A stretch of DNA of 64,000 bases. It comes from a virus (lineage: Duplodnaviria; Caudoviricetes). Where the stretch lies: IMG/VR virus record IMGVR_UViG_3300031994_000043, positions 45,450 through 109,449 of that record; one strand, 5' to 3'. Made by a program: the position numbers and the translations under genes. The notes under the pieces are model-generated. The model was not told where the DNA came from, did not search any database, and saw only the letters and a list, made by a program, of their open reading frames with translations. This document shows, piece by piece, positions 38,039 to 48,694 of this stretch (position 1 is its first letter; the number at the start of each line of letters is the position of its first letter).

Positions 38039-40788
38039 TATACACCATACTTATATGTTATCTTTAATCTAACAACAGGTATTTCATTATCCATACTGAA
38101 ATTGACAATGTTGTTATTATCGTCTAATATGCTATCACAAAATGTTGCTTTGAATTGAGTGTACAAATCACGAACAAGTGTGTCAATCTGAGACCATCTA
38201 TCACCATTAACATCTTCTTCGGAAAGGTCCACATTGTCATAGTAATTTTCAATAATCTTTGGAACAAGATACATCCAGAATGCTTTTTCTGTTAATTGTG
38301 TTTCGTAAGTATTTTGTAGAATACCCTTACGCATAATAGTTTCGGAGCGTGTATTAGTACCTAATGCTTGTACGAAATATGGGAGTGGAATAGCACGATT
38401 AGCTTCATTAACTTGTGTAGCATTATTTACCCAATCCTGAATGAATCTCTGTGCTTCTTTTGCTTTATTAAGTGACAAACCATACTGATAATAGTTATAT
38501 GTAGAATAGTTAGAAGTAGAATAGAAGTCATTACCATAAGATACAATAATCTTCAATTTAGAATTTGTACCCAATTTAATAGACTTTGGTATATCTTCTT
38601 TACCACTGAAATTAATGAAAATGTTGCTTTCTGTATTGTAAACATTTGAAGCATAAATATCTGCTTCATAGACATCTTTATAAACATTAGTGTTACTTTC
38701 ATCAATAGAGTTCAATACAATACGAATACTCTTATTTGCGAGAGCATCAACTTTCACTTCAGCACCAGTACTATCTACCAAAGGAATTTTAATTACATTG
38801 TATTCATAATTCTTTGAATTAGACAAAGTACCTTTTTCTTTATTGTTCTTTGTTACGTCATTGTTAATGTTATAGTAGAATATATCAGATATATTTGTTG
38901 TTTTTATATTGTAGTTGTATGTAACATCTTGTGCCTTGATAATATCAGATACACGAATATCCAAATCCACAAAAGAAGTTTCTGGGCGACTGTTGAAGAA
39001 TTTTACAATATCTGATTTGTAAATCTTTGTGCCGAAATTACAGTTATTGTCTAACCATTTGTAAATTTCGTTTTCCACATCACGCTTGTATTCTTGTAAT
39101 TTAGACAAAGAATTGACTGTAACAGTACCTACAACATCGTAGTACTGAACGATAGGTGGGAACGAATACATTTTACTATTCATAATCATTCTTGGCAAAG
39201 CATTATCACGAATAGTCTTAATGTTCTTTATCCATTGTTCAGATGGGTTATTCATATACTGAACTGAATGGAATGAATCGTAACTCAAAAGATACTTAAT
39301 GAAATCTGTCAAATGACTTAAATAACTATTTGAAGTTCCATAAACAGAGAACACGCCAGATTGGTTTGTAGAACTATCTGTAAGCACATTTATTGGTGAA
39401 TATACTGTAGATTTTGTATTGTACAAACTAGCTGCAATACAATAACAAATACAGTTCTGTATGTACTTGTATGTAGTATCGCCACCGTGTTCAAAGTCTT
39501 CAATTTCGTCCTGACCCCAGGCTATTGCGTTCTTAACACGAATAGGTGAACTTAGTCCTTTAAAATAAGAAATAAAATCTTGCTTTGTAACGAGTTTATT
39601 GTTACTAGCAAAATACAAAGGAGCATTATTCTTAATAGACTGTTGGTCTTCAAAATCAACACCATTAGCAATATCACTATTGAAAATGAGTTTAATGTTA
39701 GAACTCATGTCAATAGGTGTAGAGCCAGCGAATGTTGCCCAAATTTTATTATTGACCTTTAGCTCGGAATTGGTTGTACCAACCTTATTTGCGTCGGCGC
39801 CATCACATTCAATATACTGAATATAAATGTTTTGGTCTTCTTTGTTCAAACCATTAGAAGCAACCACACCATCACCAAATCTCAAACGAATAGTCTTGTC
39901 ACTGTTTGTAGTCAATGAACAAACATTAAGTGTATCATCTCTAGTCTTGTTTACTTTTTCTTTTTGAACTTCTTTATTCAAATAGATAGAAACATCTTCA
40001 ATATCATACAAGTTAACATCGGCAAATGCTTCGTCTTGTGTTTTACCGATACCAACTTTACACCAGGAATTCTTCTTAAAGAATTGGTCTTTATACCATC
40101 CATTAGGGTCACGCTGACCATACCAGTTACTAAATTTTAAATTATCAATATCGTAGAACTGGTAAGATTTACCCAACTTACTTGTATTAGAAACGCCATA
40201 AATTGTTTCTACTTTAACTTCGCCCTGGAAAACTTTAATTGGAATTAAGGTCGCATCATTGTATAACTTTTCACCAGACAATTCAATATAGTTTACAGAA
40301 TCGGCTGGTTTAGAGAAATACAATGTTTTAGACCAAGTTGAACTCTGACCATCCTCAATATCTTTTCTTGTGAGAGTATAAGAATAGTCAGTATTCAAAA
40401 TATATTTCTTACCATTATAAGTTAATTCCATTTCTTCTTGAGGGAAGTAAATGGTAGCCATATTAGTAGCCATAAGAGACTGTGGCAAAGGCCCACGCAA
40501 AACCACAGCAATTTCTGCTTCAGCAGGAGTATTACGAATAGGATTATACCCAAGGTTTTTGCCGTGTTTAATCACACTACTATCCAATTTAGCAGTGTCA
40601 ATAAATGCTTCTTCAGCAGTTCGTTCCATATAATAGTTAGTCATATCAGCAGTTGCTACTAGCATTTCCATAAACAAGTTATAAATGCTAGCTGATGACA
40701 TATTCTTGAAGCGTGGGTCATTCTTCAAGCGAGCGGTAAAATCTTCCAGCATCTGCTGGTATGTAATACGGGTATAATTCTTGTTCAT
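38038..40788 (-). CDS. gp6: Baseplate wedge subunit gp6
   Basis: EAFIDTAKLDSSV...LGYNP, LRFGDG, IKNNAP...NKLVTKQDF, AWG. Confidence 0.85.
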   Translation of the reverse strand: MNKNYTRITYQQMLEDFTARLKNDPRFKNMSSASIYNLFMEMLVATADMTNYYMERTAEEAFIDTAKLDSSVIKHGKNLGYNPIRNTPAEAEIAVVLRGPLPQSLMATNMATIYFPQEEMELTYNGKKYILNTDYSYTLTRKDIEDGQSSTWSKTLYFSKPADSVNYIELSGEKLYNDATLIPIKVFQGEVKVETIYGVSNTSKLGKSYQFYDIDNLKFSNWYGQRDPNGWYKDQFFKKNSWCKVGIGKTQDEAFADVNLYDIEDVSIYLNKEVQKEKVNKTRDDTLNVCSLTTNSDKTIRLRFGDGVVASNGLNKEDQNIYIQYIECDGADANKVGTTNSELKVNNKIWATFAGSTPIDMSSNIKLIFNSDIANGVDFEDQQSIKNNAPLYFASNNKLVTKQDFISYFKGLSSPIRVKNAIAWGQDEIEDFEHGGDTTYKYIQNCICYCIAASLYNTKSTVYSPINVLTDSSTNQSGVFSVYGTSNSYLSHLTDFIKYLLSYDSFHSVQYMNNPSEQWIKNIKTIRDNALPRMIMNSKMYSFPPIVQYYDVVGTVTVNSLSKLQEYKRDVENEIYKWLDNNCNFGTKIYKSDIVKFFNSRPETSFVDLDIRVSDIIKAQDVTYNYNIKTTNISDIFYYNINNDVTKNNKEKGTLSNSKNYEYNVIKIPLVDSTGAEVKVDALANKSIRIVLNSIDESNTNVYKDVYEADIYASNVYNTESNIFINFSGKEDIPKSIKLGTNSKLKIIVSYGNDFYSTSNYSTYNYYQYGLSLNKAKEAQRFIQDWVNNATQVNEANRAIPLPYFVQALGTNTRSETIMRKGILQNTYETQLTEKAFWMYLVPKIIENYYDNVDLSEEDVNGDRWSQIDTLVRDLYTQFKATFCDSILDDNNNIVNFSMDNEIPVVRLKITYKYGV

Positions 40789-40791
40789 ATA

Positions 40792-41598
40792 TTATTTATT
40801 TGTAATCTTTGGCATAAAGTATTCTGGAGATAATGACAATGGAACTATTACCTTATTAGTACAGTCACAAGGAATTTCAAAATAAGGTTTTACACCAAAA
40901 TCTATATCAGCCATATAATTGCCGAAATTTGTAAAAGATAACGCATCAAGCTCACAAATGTAATTATAAGCCTTCATAATGGAAATCTTACTTCCGTTAA
41001 TGGACTTAATGTAGCAAGCTATATTGAGTATCTGTTCATCAATTTCACCATCTACAGTATACTTCTCAGGTTCACGCAAAATTTGGTTTTTAGAAATTTC
41101 GTTACCGATTGTTGGGAACCCGATTTCTATTGTATCACCATTATTCATTGTGTATGTTGGGTTGAAATCGTCCTGAATGTAATTGACGATAATATCCTTC
41201 ATTTGTGTCTTGTACATAGCAGTCTTGCCACATTCTTTACAATTATACTTGACATAGAAAGGATAATCATTATAAGTTAAATTTCTTAAATAGAAAATCA
41301 ACCAAAATTTATCACCTACAAGAATATCGTTTACATTTATACCTTGTACACAATGGGCAATAATACTATTCATTACACCATCAATAGTATCAGCAGTCAA
41401 TGTAGACAAGTTCTTGATGTCAATGGTAGATAACTTCTTAACATACAAATCAGTAGCATAATACTTACCCTTAGATGGCAACAAGTCCTTATTCAAAGTT
41501 ATCATATTCTTTTGTTGTTGAGCTGCAACCGCCATAGCGATTTGAGCCATATCACCACCTTGTGGGATTTGAGTTTCGTCAATTTTTCTTGATTGCAT
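40792..41598 (-). CDS. Second gp26-like baseplate hub assembly protein
   Basis: LPSKGKYY, GDKFWLIFYLR, CKECG, GFPTI. Confidence 0.6.
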   Translation of the reverse strand: MQSRKIDETQIPQGGDMAQIAMAVAAQQQKNMITLNKDLLPSKGKYYATDLYVKKLSTIDIKNLSTLTADTIDGVMNSIIAHCVQGINVNDILVGDKFWLIFYLRNLTYNDYPFYVKYNCKECGKTAMYKTQMKDIIVNYIQDDFNPTYTMNNGDTIEIGFPTIGNEISKNQILREPEKYTVDGEIDEQILNIACYIKSINGSKISIMKAYNYICELDALSFTNFGNYMADIDFGVKPYFEIPCDCTNKVIVPLSLSPEYFMPKITNK

Positions 41599-41644
41599 TT
41601 TTTCACCTCACAATATAATTTTAATTTATAGTATTTATAAACGC

Positions 41645-41673
41645 AAAAAATAAACGGTCCCAAACGGGACCGT
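41645..41673 (-). terminator. Terminator after the capsid operon
   Basis: ACGGTCCC-AAAC-GGGACCGT with T-tract on the minus strand. Confidence 0.75.
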
Positions 41674-41702
41674 CTATCTAAATCAAAGATTTATACCACC
41701 AA

Positions 41703-42059
41703 TTATGCTTCTGGGAATGCTTTCAATTCAGCAGTTGCATAATCGTCAGAGAAGAACAATTCTCCGGATACTGCAGATACAGCACCTTCAACAGCGTCTT
41801 CAGTGACAGGGGCCCAACCAGATTGTGGAAGAACATTGAGAACTCTCTTATTCAATCCAGATGGTGTCTTGAGATTGAAGAAGGAATTATCAAAGCCATC
41901 AACACTTTCTTTATCAACAAATTCTGCTGCGGCAGATGCCAATTCAGTGTAGATACCATCCTTATAAGATGAAGCTACAAAGTAAGCAGAAATTGGGGCC
42001 TGTGGGTAATCGTTACCAATTTGGTACAAATCATTACCGTTAGATGTAGGATTCTTCAT
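41703..42059 (-). CDS. Small protein co-transcribed with gp23 (candidate capsid decoration protein)
   Basis: AAGGAG SD, directly downstream of gp23, before the terminator. Confidence 0.6.
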   Translation of the reverse strand: MKNPTSNGNDLYQIGNDYPQAPISAYFVASSYKDGIYTELASAAAEFVDKESVDGFDNSFFNLKTPSGLNKRVLNVLPQSGWAPVTEDAVEGAVSAVSGELFFSDDYATAELKAFPEA

Positions 42060-42105
42060 TATTATTTCTCCTTAAATTTAAATTGTTTGACTATTCCAGT
42101 TTAAA

Positions 42106-43440
42106 TTAGAATGTGAAACCTTCACCAGCTTTAGCCCAAATAGCACCAGTGTCGAACTTGAGCAAGCGGTAATAGTTGTCAGCACCCAACATATTGTTAG
42201 CGAAAGCATAACGGCTCATAACACCAACACGTGGAGAGAAGTCGTTAGGGTCAATAGCCTGATTTACTACACCAGTGACGTATGGGCAGAATACTACACC
42301 ACAGTCGGATACGCCGGTACCCTTATAGGCGAGCAATACTTCACCATTATCAACACCAGTGAAAGCGTTTACAGCATAGTTATCACGGTAGACCTTGATA
42401 GAACCATTCAATGTACCAATTTCAGGTGTAGCGGTAGAGCCATTAACTTCACCGGTAACCTTATTGAAGAATGGAGCAGCTTGCTGAAGAACAGAAGCCA
42501 TATCTGGAGATACTACAGCGATATTAGCAGCAGCTCTACGAGTAGCAGTAGCAATATCGTTAGCAGTCTTAACAATGATACCTACGATACGAGAATATCT
42601 TTCCTGAGACCAACGGCCAACCCAACCATCTTGAACAGCATCGGCCTTGCCAGCGGTACAAACGATTGGCTTACAGATTGACTTACAACGAGCGATGGTT
42701 TCACGGTCAATTTCAGCAGTCATTTCGTACTGAAGAACATTAACCATTTCCTGCATCATTTCAACACCCTGCATTCTCTTAATATCTTCAGCAGATTCAA
42801 GAGAGAAGGAAGCAGCAAGTTTACGAGTCTTGGCAACGATGGACTGACGAGAGAACATCAAACCAAGTTCAGGAATCTTACCACGGAGACCTGTTGAGAA
42901 ATCGTTGTGGGTCTGGATTTCGTCATACTTACCAGTAATCTTCCAAGCTTCAGCAGATTGTGTATCAACACCAGTACCTGCGTCAGGTTCACCACTTGTG
43001 TTAGCGGTAGAGCCAGAGAAACCAGAATATTCTGGAACAGCCTTCCAAGCAGCTTCAACCAATTTTTCAGGATTTGCTGCATCTTTATAAACATAACGAA
43101 GAGCGAATGCCAAACCAACTGGGCCAGAGAGTGGCTGGACACCAACTAGAACGTTAGCAAACAACTGTGGGAATACACGGCGGACAAGAGCCAAAGAAAT
43201 TGGAGCAAAGACAGCCTTACTGTCACCACCGTGAGGGATACCCTGGTCAGCACCAAGTGGAGCACCTACACCCATTGTGAAGTCTTCGTTCAAAGCGGAG
43301 CCAACATCCTGACGGATTTGGTTTTCCATAAGCTTCTTCATGTTTTCACGAATATACTTATCTTTAATACCATTGATTGATAGCTTTTCTTGACCCTGAG
43401 TAGCCAAGTTTTCTACCAATGTGTTTTTAATTGTATTCAT
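42106..43440 (-). CDS. gp23: Major capsid protein
   Basis: LVRRVFP.L.A...GVQPLSGPVGLAFALR, TRKL, AEIDRE, FCPY, PRVGVMSRY; predicted cleavage LNE52. Confidence 0.95.
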   Translation of the reverse strand: MNTIKNTLVENLATQGQEKLSINGIKDKYIRENMKKLMENQIRQDVGSALNEDFTMGVGAPLGADQGIPHGGDSKAVFAPISLALVRRVFPQLFANVLVGVQPLSGPVGLAFALRYVYKDAANPEKLVEAAWKAVPEYSGFSGSTANTSGEPDAGTGVDTQSAEAWKITGKYDEIQTHNDFSTGLRGKIPELGLMFSRQSIVAKTRKLAASFSLESAEDIKRMQGVEMMQEMVNVLQYEMTAEIDRETIARCKSICKPIVCTAGKADAVQDGWVGRWSQERYSRIVGIIVKTANDIATATRRAAANIAVVSPDMASVLQQAAPFFNKVTGEVNGSTATPEIGTLNGSIKVYRDNYAVNAFTGVDNGEVLLAYKGTGVSDCGVVFCPYVTGVVNQAIDPNDFSPRVGVMSRYAFANNMLGADNYYRLLKFDTGAIWAKAGEGFTF

Positions 43441-43482
43441 TTTTGATTCTCCTATATAAATGAGTTTTTGTTTTATATATTG

Positions 43483-43490
43483 TATTTATA
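43483..43490 (-). promoter_or_regulatory. Late promoter for gp23
   Basis: TATAAATA. Confidence 0.75.
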
Positions 43491-43515
43491 ATTTTTTTAT
43501 TTGAAAATTTGTATG

Positions 43516-44481
43516 TTAATCTTCTTCCATATATCTAGCGGCTTCGTCAAGGAAACGATTAGATGATGGAGTCTGCTTTCTGTATTTTTCAGTTATTAAA
43601 TCATCACGTTCAATAGCCTGTTCTGTTTTAGCAGCACGGGATACTGGGCGAGACTTCTTTTCAAACAAATTAGCACGATTGTTACGCATATTGATAGATT
43701 GTTCAGTAATCATTTCAACATAGTCATCAATGTCTTTCTTTGTTTCGGAAAGTGATTTGCTTTCAAAGAACTTTTGAACGCGGGCCTTTTGGGTAGCATC
43801 CAATCCATAGGTCTTTTCAGCGATAGTAGCCTTCTTGGTTGAATCTTCTACAAGATCAATCAAACGCATATTTTCAGCAAGCTGCTTTTTCAATGACTTT
43901 TCCAATTCAGCATTTTCAGCTTTAGCTTCACGCAATTTCTTGGAACCAGTCAAATCCATTGGAACATACTGTTCTTCAAATAGGTGTTGAATACCTTCAA
44001 TGATAGGTGCGTATGTTTCTGTCATAGCAGTCTTGTTAATAAGCTTTTCACTAATCTTTTCGGAGATGTTATATTCAAGGTACTTGTCTAAACCAGTAAT
44101 AACTTTTTCTTCAAGTGCTTCAAGTTCCTTACCATACTTTTCTGTGAACTTTTCGTCAAAATATTCATAGATGTACTGTTCAGCAGCTTCTTCCAACTTC
44201 TTACATTGGGTATCAAGCTTTTCTTGTGCCTTTTCAGTGATTTTGGCACAGCGTTCTTCACAATACTGGTTGGCGAGATTTTCCAATTCAACGGTTTTCT
44301 TTTCAACCTCTTCTTTGATTTTTTGATTACAAAATTCATCAGCTTTCTTGGCAATGGCTTGTTTTTCTTCTTCTAATTTTGCCTGAAGTCTTTCTTCTAC
44401 TGCAGATTCAAAGGATTCTTTAATTTCCTGCAAATCTTCAGCAGTTAAAACACCAGCAAGTTTTTCAAGAATTTTATCCAT
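43516..44481 (-). CDS. gp22: Prohead scaffolding protein
   Basis: Coiled-coil, FESAV, LDKYLEY, IEGIQHLFEEQY; upstream of gp23; ATG 44481 after GGAGG. Confidence 0.8.
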   Translation of the reverse strand: MDKILEKLAGVLTAEDLQEIKESFESAVEERLQAKLEEEKQAIAKKADEFCNQKIKEEVEKKTVELENLANQYCEERCAKITEKAQEKLDTQCKKLEEAAEQYIYEYFDEKFTEKYGKELEALEEKVITGLDKYLEYNISEKISEKLINKTAMTETYAPIIEGIQHLFEEQYVPMDLTGSKKLREAKAENAELEKSLKKQLAENMRLIDLVEDSTKKATIAEKTYGLDATQKARVQKFFESKSLSETKKDIDDYVEMITEQSINMRNNRANLFEKKSRPVSRAAKTEQAIERDDLITEKYRKQTPSSNRFLDEAARYMEED

Positions 44482-44566
44482 TAGATTTTCCTCCAATTTA
44501 CTGTGAACATTTTTGTGTTATACACAATGTATTTATGAAAAATTTTACGCAATTTTTTGTTGCTTT

Positions 44567-44593
44567 AAAAAGGGACTAACAAGTAGTCCCTTT
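44567..44593. terminator. Intrinsic terminator
   Basis: AAAGGGACTA-ACAAG-TAGTCCCTTT. Confidence 0.75.
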
Positions 44594-44617
44594 ATTTATA
44601 TTTGAATTTGTATGTAA

Positions 44618-45208
44618 TTATTCGCCTGTAGCAACCATTTCAAATGTACTATAACGGAATGTGCAAGTTCTTTGAACCTTTTCTGCACTTTCCATACCCA
44701 AACCAGTCTGTTGAACTGTCTTCGGCCATACATAGTAGAACTTGAACTCAACAGGAAGTTTTTGTTTCAAAGCAGAATCATAAAGAACTACTCTAGCTGT
44801 AGCACAGTAGTCTTTAAGATAGTTAGAACTAGCACCACCTGTAATACCACCGACATCTATATCATTTTGGAATCCACCATTGAATAGTAAGTTCTGCCAG
44901 CGATGTAGTGCCTTAGAAATATACATATCCTGGAATTCGTCAAATGCGACGTCAAATGTACCATCCATAGTAGACTTACCAGGATAGACTAATTTTGTTC
45001 CCATATATTCGGTGATGAGTTCACCAAAATCTTTCTGTGGCATAGATGCGGTTTTAGCACGAAGCATAAAATCGTCTGTTCCAATAACATTTGACAATAC
45101 AGAACCACTTTCATATTCAAAGATAATCTGGTAAAGATAATTCTTTGCAAGGTCTGGCAAATTCTTAATGGAAGTAGTAAATACAGACATATTGTTAGAC
45201 ATTGACAT
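44618..45208 (-). CDS. gp19: Tail tube protein
   Basis: DLAKNYLY, AKTASMP, YMGTKLVYPG, WQN, FYYVWP, TFRYS; own late promoter and terminator. Confidence 0.8.
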   Translation of the reverse strand: MSMSNNMSVFTTSIKNLPDLAKNYLYQIIFEYESGSVLSNVIGTDDFMLRAKTASMPQKDFGELITEYMGTKLVYPGKSTMDGTFDVAFDEFQDMYISKALHRWQNLLFNGGFQNDIDVGGITGGASSNYLKDYCATARVVLYDSALKQKLPVEFKFYYVWPKTVQQTGLGMESAEKVQRTCTFRYSTFEMVATGE

Positions 45209-45253
45209 ATTTAATTTCTCCTAAACTTCTCTAATGTATTTATGACTTTCCAA

Positions 45254-45637
45254 TTATTGTCCACCGTGCTGTGGTGGTAATGTTTTCAAGAAAGCTTCTC
45301 TAGGTACACTACCAATATCAGTATCAACGGCGACCTGTTCTGGTTTCAATAGTTTGTGTGTGTGCATATCACCAAGTGGGATAACTTCCCAATTCATAAT
45401 CAAGTGGATATGGTCGCAACAAGGAGCCAAACCTTCTTTATGGTCTGGGTTATCCAACAACACATCACCAGTATATCCGTAACCAGTTTGATTATCCCAA
45501 ATTACATACTTGTGGTGGTGAGGTCCCATCCATTGAGAACCTTCAAATCCGTCTGTATCACCTGCTTCAGCCATATTTTCGTTGATAACAGGTTTTACCT
45601 TACGGAATTCTTGAACAATGTAATCATCTAATTTCAT
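45254..45637 (-). CDS. His-rich putative metal-binding protein
   Basis: HHH, HIH, HTH motifs. Confidence 0.65.
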   Translation of the reverse strand: MKLDDYIVQEFRKVKPVINENMAEAGDTDGFEGSQWMGPHHHKYVIWDNQTGYGYTGDVLLDNPDHKEGLAPCCDHIHLIMNWEVIPLGDMHTHKLLKPEQVAVDTDIGSVPREAFLKTLPPQHGGQ

Positions 45638-45646
45638 ATAAACTCC

Positions 45647-46093
45647 TTACTTAAAGTTCTTGATAAGACCAATAATCTTGTCTATTTCTTCAATGGTATC
45701 ACTGAAGATGTTTTCAAGACTAATTTTTGTACTATATGCTCTTTTAAGATTTTCTAGTTCATCACGATATGCTTCAATTTTTACAAGCGCATTTCCCAAA
45801 TCAAAGATTTCGTCATTCATATTGTAAGTTTTAGAATTTAATTTGAATGGCACACCCATAGAAAGGACTGTTTCAACTAGCTTGTCAGCAAAATCACGAA
45901 TGCAGTCATACAAATTTTCAAATTGTGTATGCTGGAAACCGGATTGACAAGACCAGTGATAAGTGTGAATTTTGTCTGCAAAGACCAAACTGTCCATAGC
46001 AAAGGTGTAGAGTTTTTCTACTTCATTTGTTTGTGAACTAGCCAAAAAGGTCAAAAAATCTTGTGGAGCTTCTTTAACAACTTCTATTTCCAT
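45647..46093 (-). CDS. Dps/ferritin-like four-helix protein
   Basis: KIHTYHW...QH..FENLYD...FADKLVE; start trimmed to ATG 46093 after GGAG; TATAAATA 46116-46123. Confidence 0.7.
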   Translation of the reverse strand: MEIEVVKEAPQDFLTFLASSQTNEVEKLYTFAMDSLVFADKIHTYHWSCQSGFQHTQFENLYDCIRDFADKLVETVLSMGVPFKLNSKTYNMNDEIFDLGNALVKIEAYRDELENLKRAYSTKISLENIFSDTIEEIDKIIGLIKNFK

Positions 46094-46122
46094 TTTATTT
46101 TCTCCCATTATAATGTATTTAT

Positions 46123-46152
46123 AAAAAATGGTGGCTCTATACAGAGCCACCA
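46123..46152 (-). terminator. Terminator after portal gene
   Basis: TGGTGGCTCT-ATAC-AGAGCCACCA plus T-tract on the minus strand. Confidence 0.7.
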
Positions 46153-46194
46153 GGGTGAAACGTGTCCGAGTTTTTCGGCTGTGAGTAAAACTTG

Positions 46195-47796
46195 TTAGAA
46201 ACCTAAATCGTCTCCTTCTTCGTCATTTTCATCACCGCCTTCTTCCTTAGCTGCATCAGCTTTAGCAAGAATTTCTTGTGTTTCTTCTGCAATAAGTCTA
46301 TCGTTTCTAATTCTCTGTTCGGAAGTTAAACCAAGTATATCTTCCATAAAGAATTGACGAGAGAACAAAGGACCAAGGTTTTCGGAACCAGGTTTGACAT
46401 TATCCAATGTAGGAAGGAATTGAGATAGAGAACCAACAACACCACTTCTCTTTTCACACATAGACAAAGAACGCATAAGTTCAAAGTCAGTAGCTGGAAT
46501 CAAGTCAATGTGATAAATGGTTTTGTCAAGATACTTACTATCATATCCACGAACCTGCAAATGAACGAGGAATACCTGATAAATGATGTCGCAGAACTTT
46601 CTACGAAGTCTCTTATTCAATTTTTGGAAAGATGCTTCTTCCAATGTAAGGCTTTCAACGCCCTGGGTATAAGGAGTGCCACCACCTTCACCAGATTGCC
46701 ATCTACTAGAAGGAACCTGAAGAGCATCAGCAACTTGTTCACGGAACATTTTAACGTCATCCAACTGTCCGTTAAATTCTGTTGAACCCTTGAAATTTTC
46801 TACAGTAGAACCCTGACCATCAGAGTCAATAGAGAGCCAGAAATCTTCTACGAAAGCCTGAACATTGTTATTGGACTGAATCATACCAGTAACAGGGTCA
46901 ATAGTCAACTGCTTACGATACTTTGAACGAATTTCCTGCATATACTCAGGAACCTTAGATGTAGGAAGTTTACCTGTGTAAATCTTGAAAATTCTCTTTT
47001 CAGGAGCACGTGTAATTCTGTAAACTGTCAAAGCATCTTCAATGGCACGAAGTTGGTTAATTGGGCGAATAGCGGGTTCCAAGTGACCGCGTATATCGTT
47101 CTTATTGTTACCCCAGAATCCATAGTTAATATAAGCAACTTGGTTTGTAGTAAATGATTTTGGTTCTGTGTCTAAATCAGGGTTCAACAATTTTATATCT
47201 TCAATGAAACCTTGAAGAATACCATCATCATAAACACACATTGTGCAGTATGGTGGCAAACATTTAAGGCCAGCAACTTTATCACCTTTTGTGTTCAAAC
47301 AAATTTCAAAGAACAATTCAGCATCAACCAACCACTTATAGTAGTAATACCACAACTGGTCTTTTCCGAAAACTTCGTTAATGATATAATTGAATTCATC
47401 ACGCAAAGTCATTAACTCAGTTTCTGTAAATTTTGATTTGAAAGCTCTGTCTATATCAAATGTGGCAACTTCACCCAAAGCATTTTCACAAACGGCTTCG
47501 TCAGCCATCATAGTCAAACACTTACGAACGAAAGGATATAATGCCAAATTACGATAGGTACTAATTCTTTGTCTTTTGTTTGCGAAGACTTGTTCAAACA
47601 TAATGCCAGATGCATCATATACATCTGAGCCTTCTACATAACCATTCAAATAGCCATGAGTTAATCTTTTCCAGTCAACAGCATCTTCACTTCTACCATA
47701 AGAATTTAATGCTGCTTCAGCAGAACGAACCATCTGGTGTTCTGGCTCTGGTTGTAAGAATTTATCACTGAATGGATTTAAAAAACTTAAATTCAT
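46195..47796 (-). CDS. gp20: Portal protein
   Basis: YRNLALYP, KWLVD, NQLRAIEDALTVYRITRAPEKRIFKI, EDFWL, ALQVPSSR. Confidence 0.95.
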   Translation of the reverse strand: MNLSFLNPFSDKFLQPEPEHQMVRSAEAALNSYGRSEDAVDWKRLTHGYLNGYVEGSDVYDASGIMFEQVFANKRQRISTYRNLALYPFVRKCLTMMADEAVCENALGEVATFDIDRAFKSKFTETELMTLRDEFNYIINEVFGKDQLWYYYYKWLVDAELFFEICLNTKGDKVAGLKCLPPYCTMCVYDDGILQGFIEDIKLLNPDLDTEPKSFTTNQVAYINYGFWGNNKNDIRGHLEPAIRPINQLRAIEDALTVYRITRAPEKRIFKIYTGKLPTSKVPEYMQEIRSKYRKQLTIDPVTGMIQSNNNVQAFVEDFWLSIDSDGQGSTVENFKGSTEFNGQLDDVKMFREQVADALQVPSSRWQSGEGGGTPYTQGVESLTLEEASFQKLNKRLRRKFCDIIYQVFLVHLQVRGYDSKYLDKTIYHIDLIPATDFELMRSLSMCEKRSGVVGSLSQFLPTLDNVKPGSENLGPLFSRQFFMEDILGLTSEQRIRNDRLIAEETQEILAKADAAKEEGGDENDEEGDDLGF

Positions 47797-47816
47797 AATA
47801 ACCTCAAATTATATCA

Positions 47817-48605
47817 CTATTTATAATTAACTATTTTGTTCCATAGTCTTTCAGGCACATAAGTTTCCAAATCTTTTTTCAATTTTTCGTCTTTGATTAA
47901 CTTCAAATCGTGATTAGCCATTGACAAGAACCAACTATCAACCATTAAGTTATCTGCTATATCTTCAAGTTGTGGTTTATCAAAATAAAGATATGGCTGA
48001 GTAATGAAACCATCATCATTTCCCAAGTTATTTCTGTCTTGTCTTAAAGTTCTCAATGCTCCATATCTAAACAACATAACTAATTGAGAGAGCCATTCAC
48101 CATCTTCTGGTGTTGCTTCACTACACCAGTCCCAAGCAACTTCAATACCTTTTGTGGAATCAGACCAAATTACTCCTTCAGGCCATTCACACAATAATTG
48201 TTCATTTATGTATTCTTGGAAGTTTTCATTGAACTGTGGTGCTAAAAATTTATCTTTTACTTTATTGAAATCTTTTTTGACTGGTTCATAAGGTTTTCTG
48301 TTGTAGTTTATATCTGGGTTCTTTTTGTTGTATGCCATACCCATATTTTTACGTGCAACAAATGACTTTTTTTGTTTGAGTTTAATTAAGTTCATTTTAG
48401 CATTACGCTTAATTTTACCTTTTCTCTGACCAAGTCTACGATTTCTTTTTTCTTTGGCAGTTATACGAACTTCTCTAGGTTTGCCGTTGGCATCGTATTC
48501 AACACGATAACCTTTACGGTTGGTCTTCCATTTCTTTACTTTCTTGTTCTTACGAACAACATATTTGACCTTGAGTGCTTCGTTTAAATAATCATCAAAA
48601 TTCAT
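47817..48605 (-). CDS. Prohead core protein, gp68-like (basic N-terminal half)
   Basis: MNFDDYLNE then very basic KGYRV...RRLGQRKG; adjacent to portal. Confidence 0.5.
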   Translation of the reverse strand: MNFDDYLNEALKVKYVVRKNKKVKKWKTNRKGYRVEYDANGKPREVRITAKEKRNRRLGQRKGKIKRNAKMNLIKLKQKKSFVARKNMGMAYNKKNPDINYNRKPYEPVKKDFNKVKDKFLAPQFNENFQEYINEQLLCEWPEGVIWSDSTKGIEVAWDWCSEATPEDGEWLSQLVMLFRYGALRTLRQDRNNLGNDDGFITQPYLYFDKPQLEDIADNLMVDSWFLSMANHDLKLIKDEKLKKDLETYVPERLWNKIVNYK

Positions 48606-48622
48606 ACTATATTTATAGAAAT

Positions 48623-48649
48623 AAAAAGAGGTAGAACTTTTCTACCTCT
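48623..48649 (-). terminator. Intrinsic terminator
   Basis: AGAGGTAGAA-CTT-TTCTACCTCT. Confidence 0.7.
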
Positions 48650-48694
48650 AAATTAAATGTTACCTAGTAGTCTATCTTCGTAATAGTCATCAAT

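Noticed and set aside
48653-48694. Possible readthrough of the TAA of the 48695 gene into IDDYYEDRLLGNI
   Set aside because: Only 13 codons and a single instance; cannot be told apart from chance or a recent nonsense mutation
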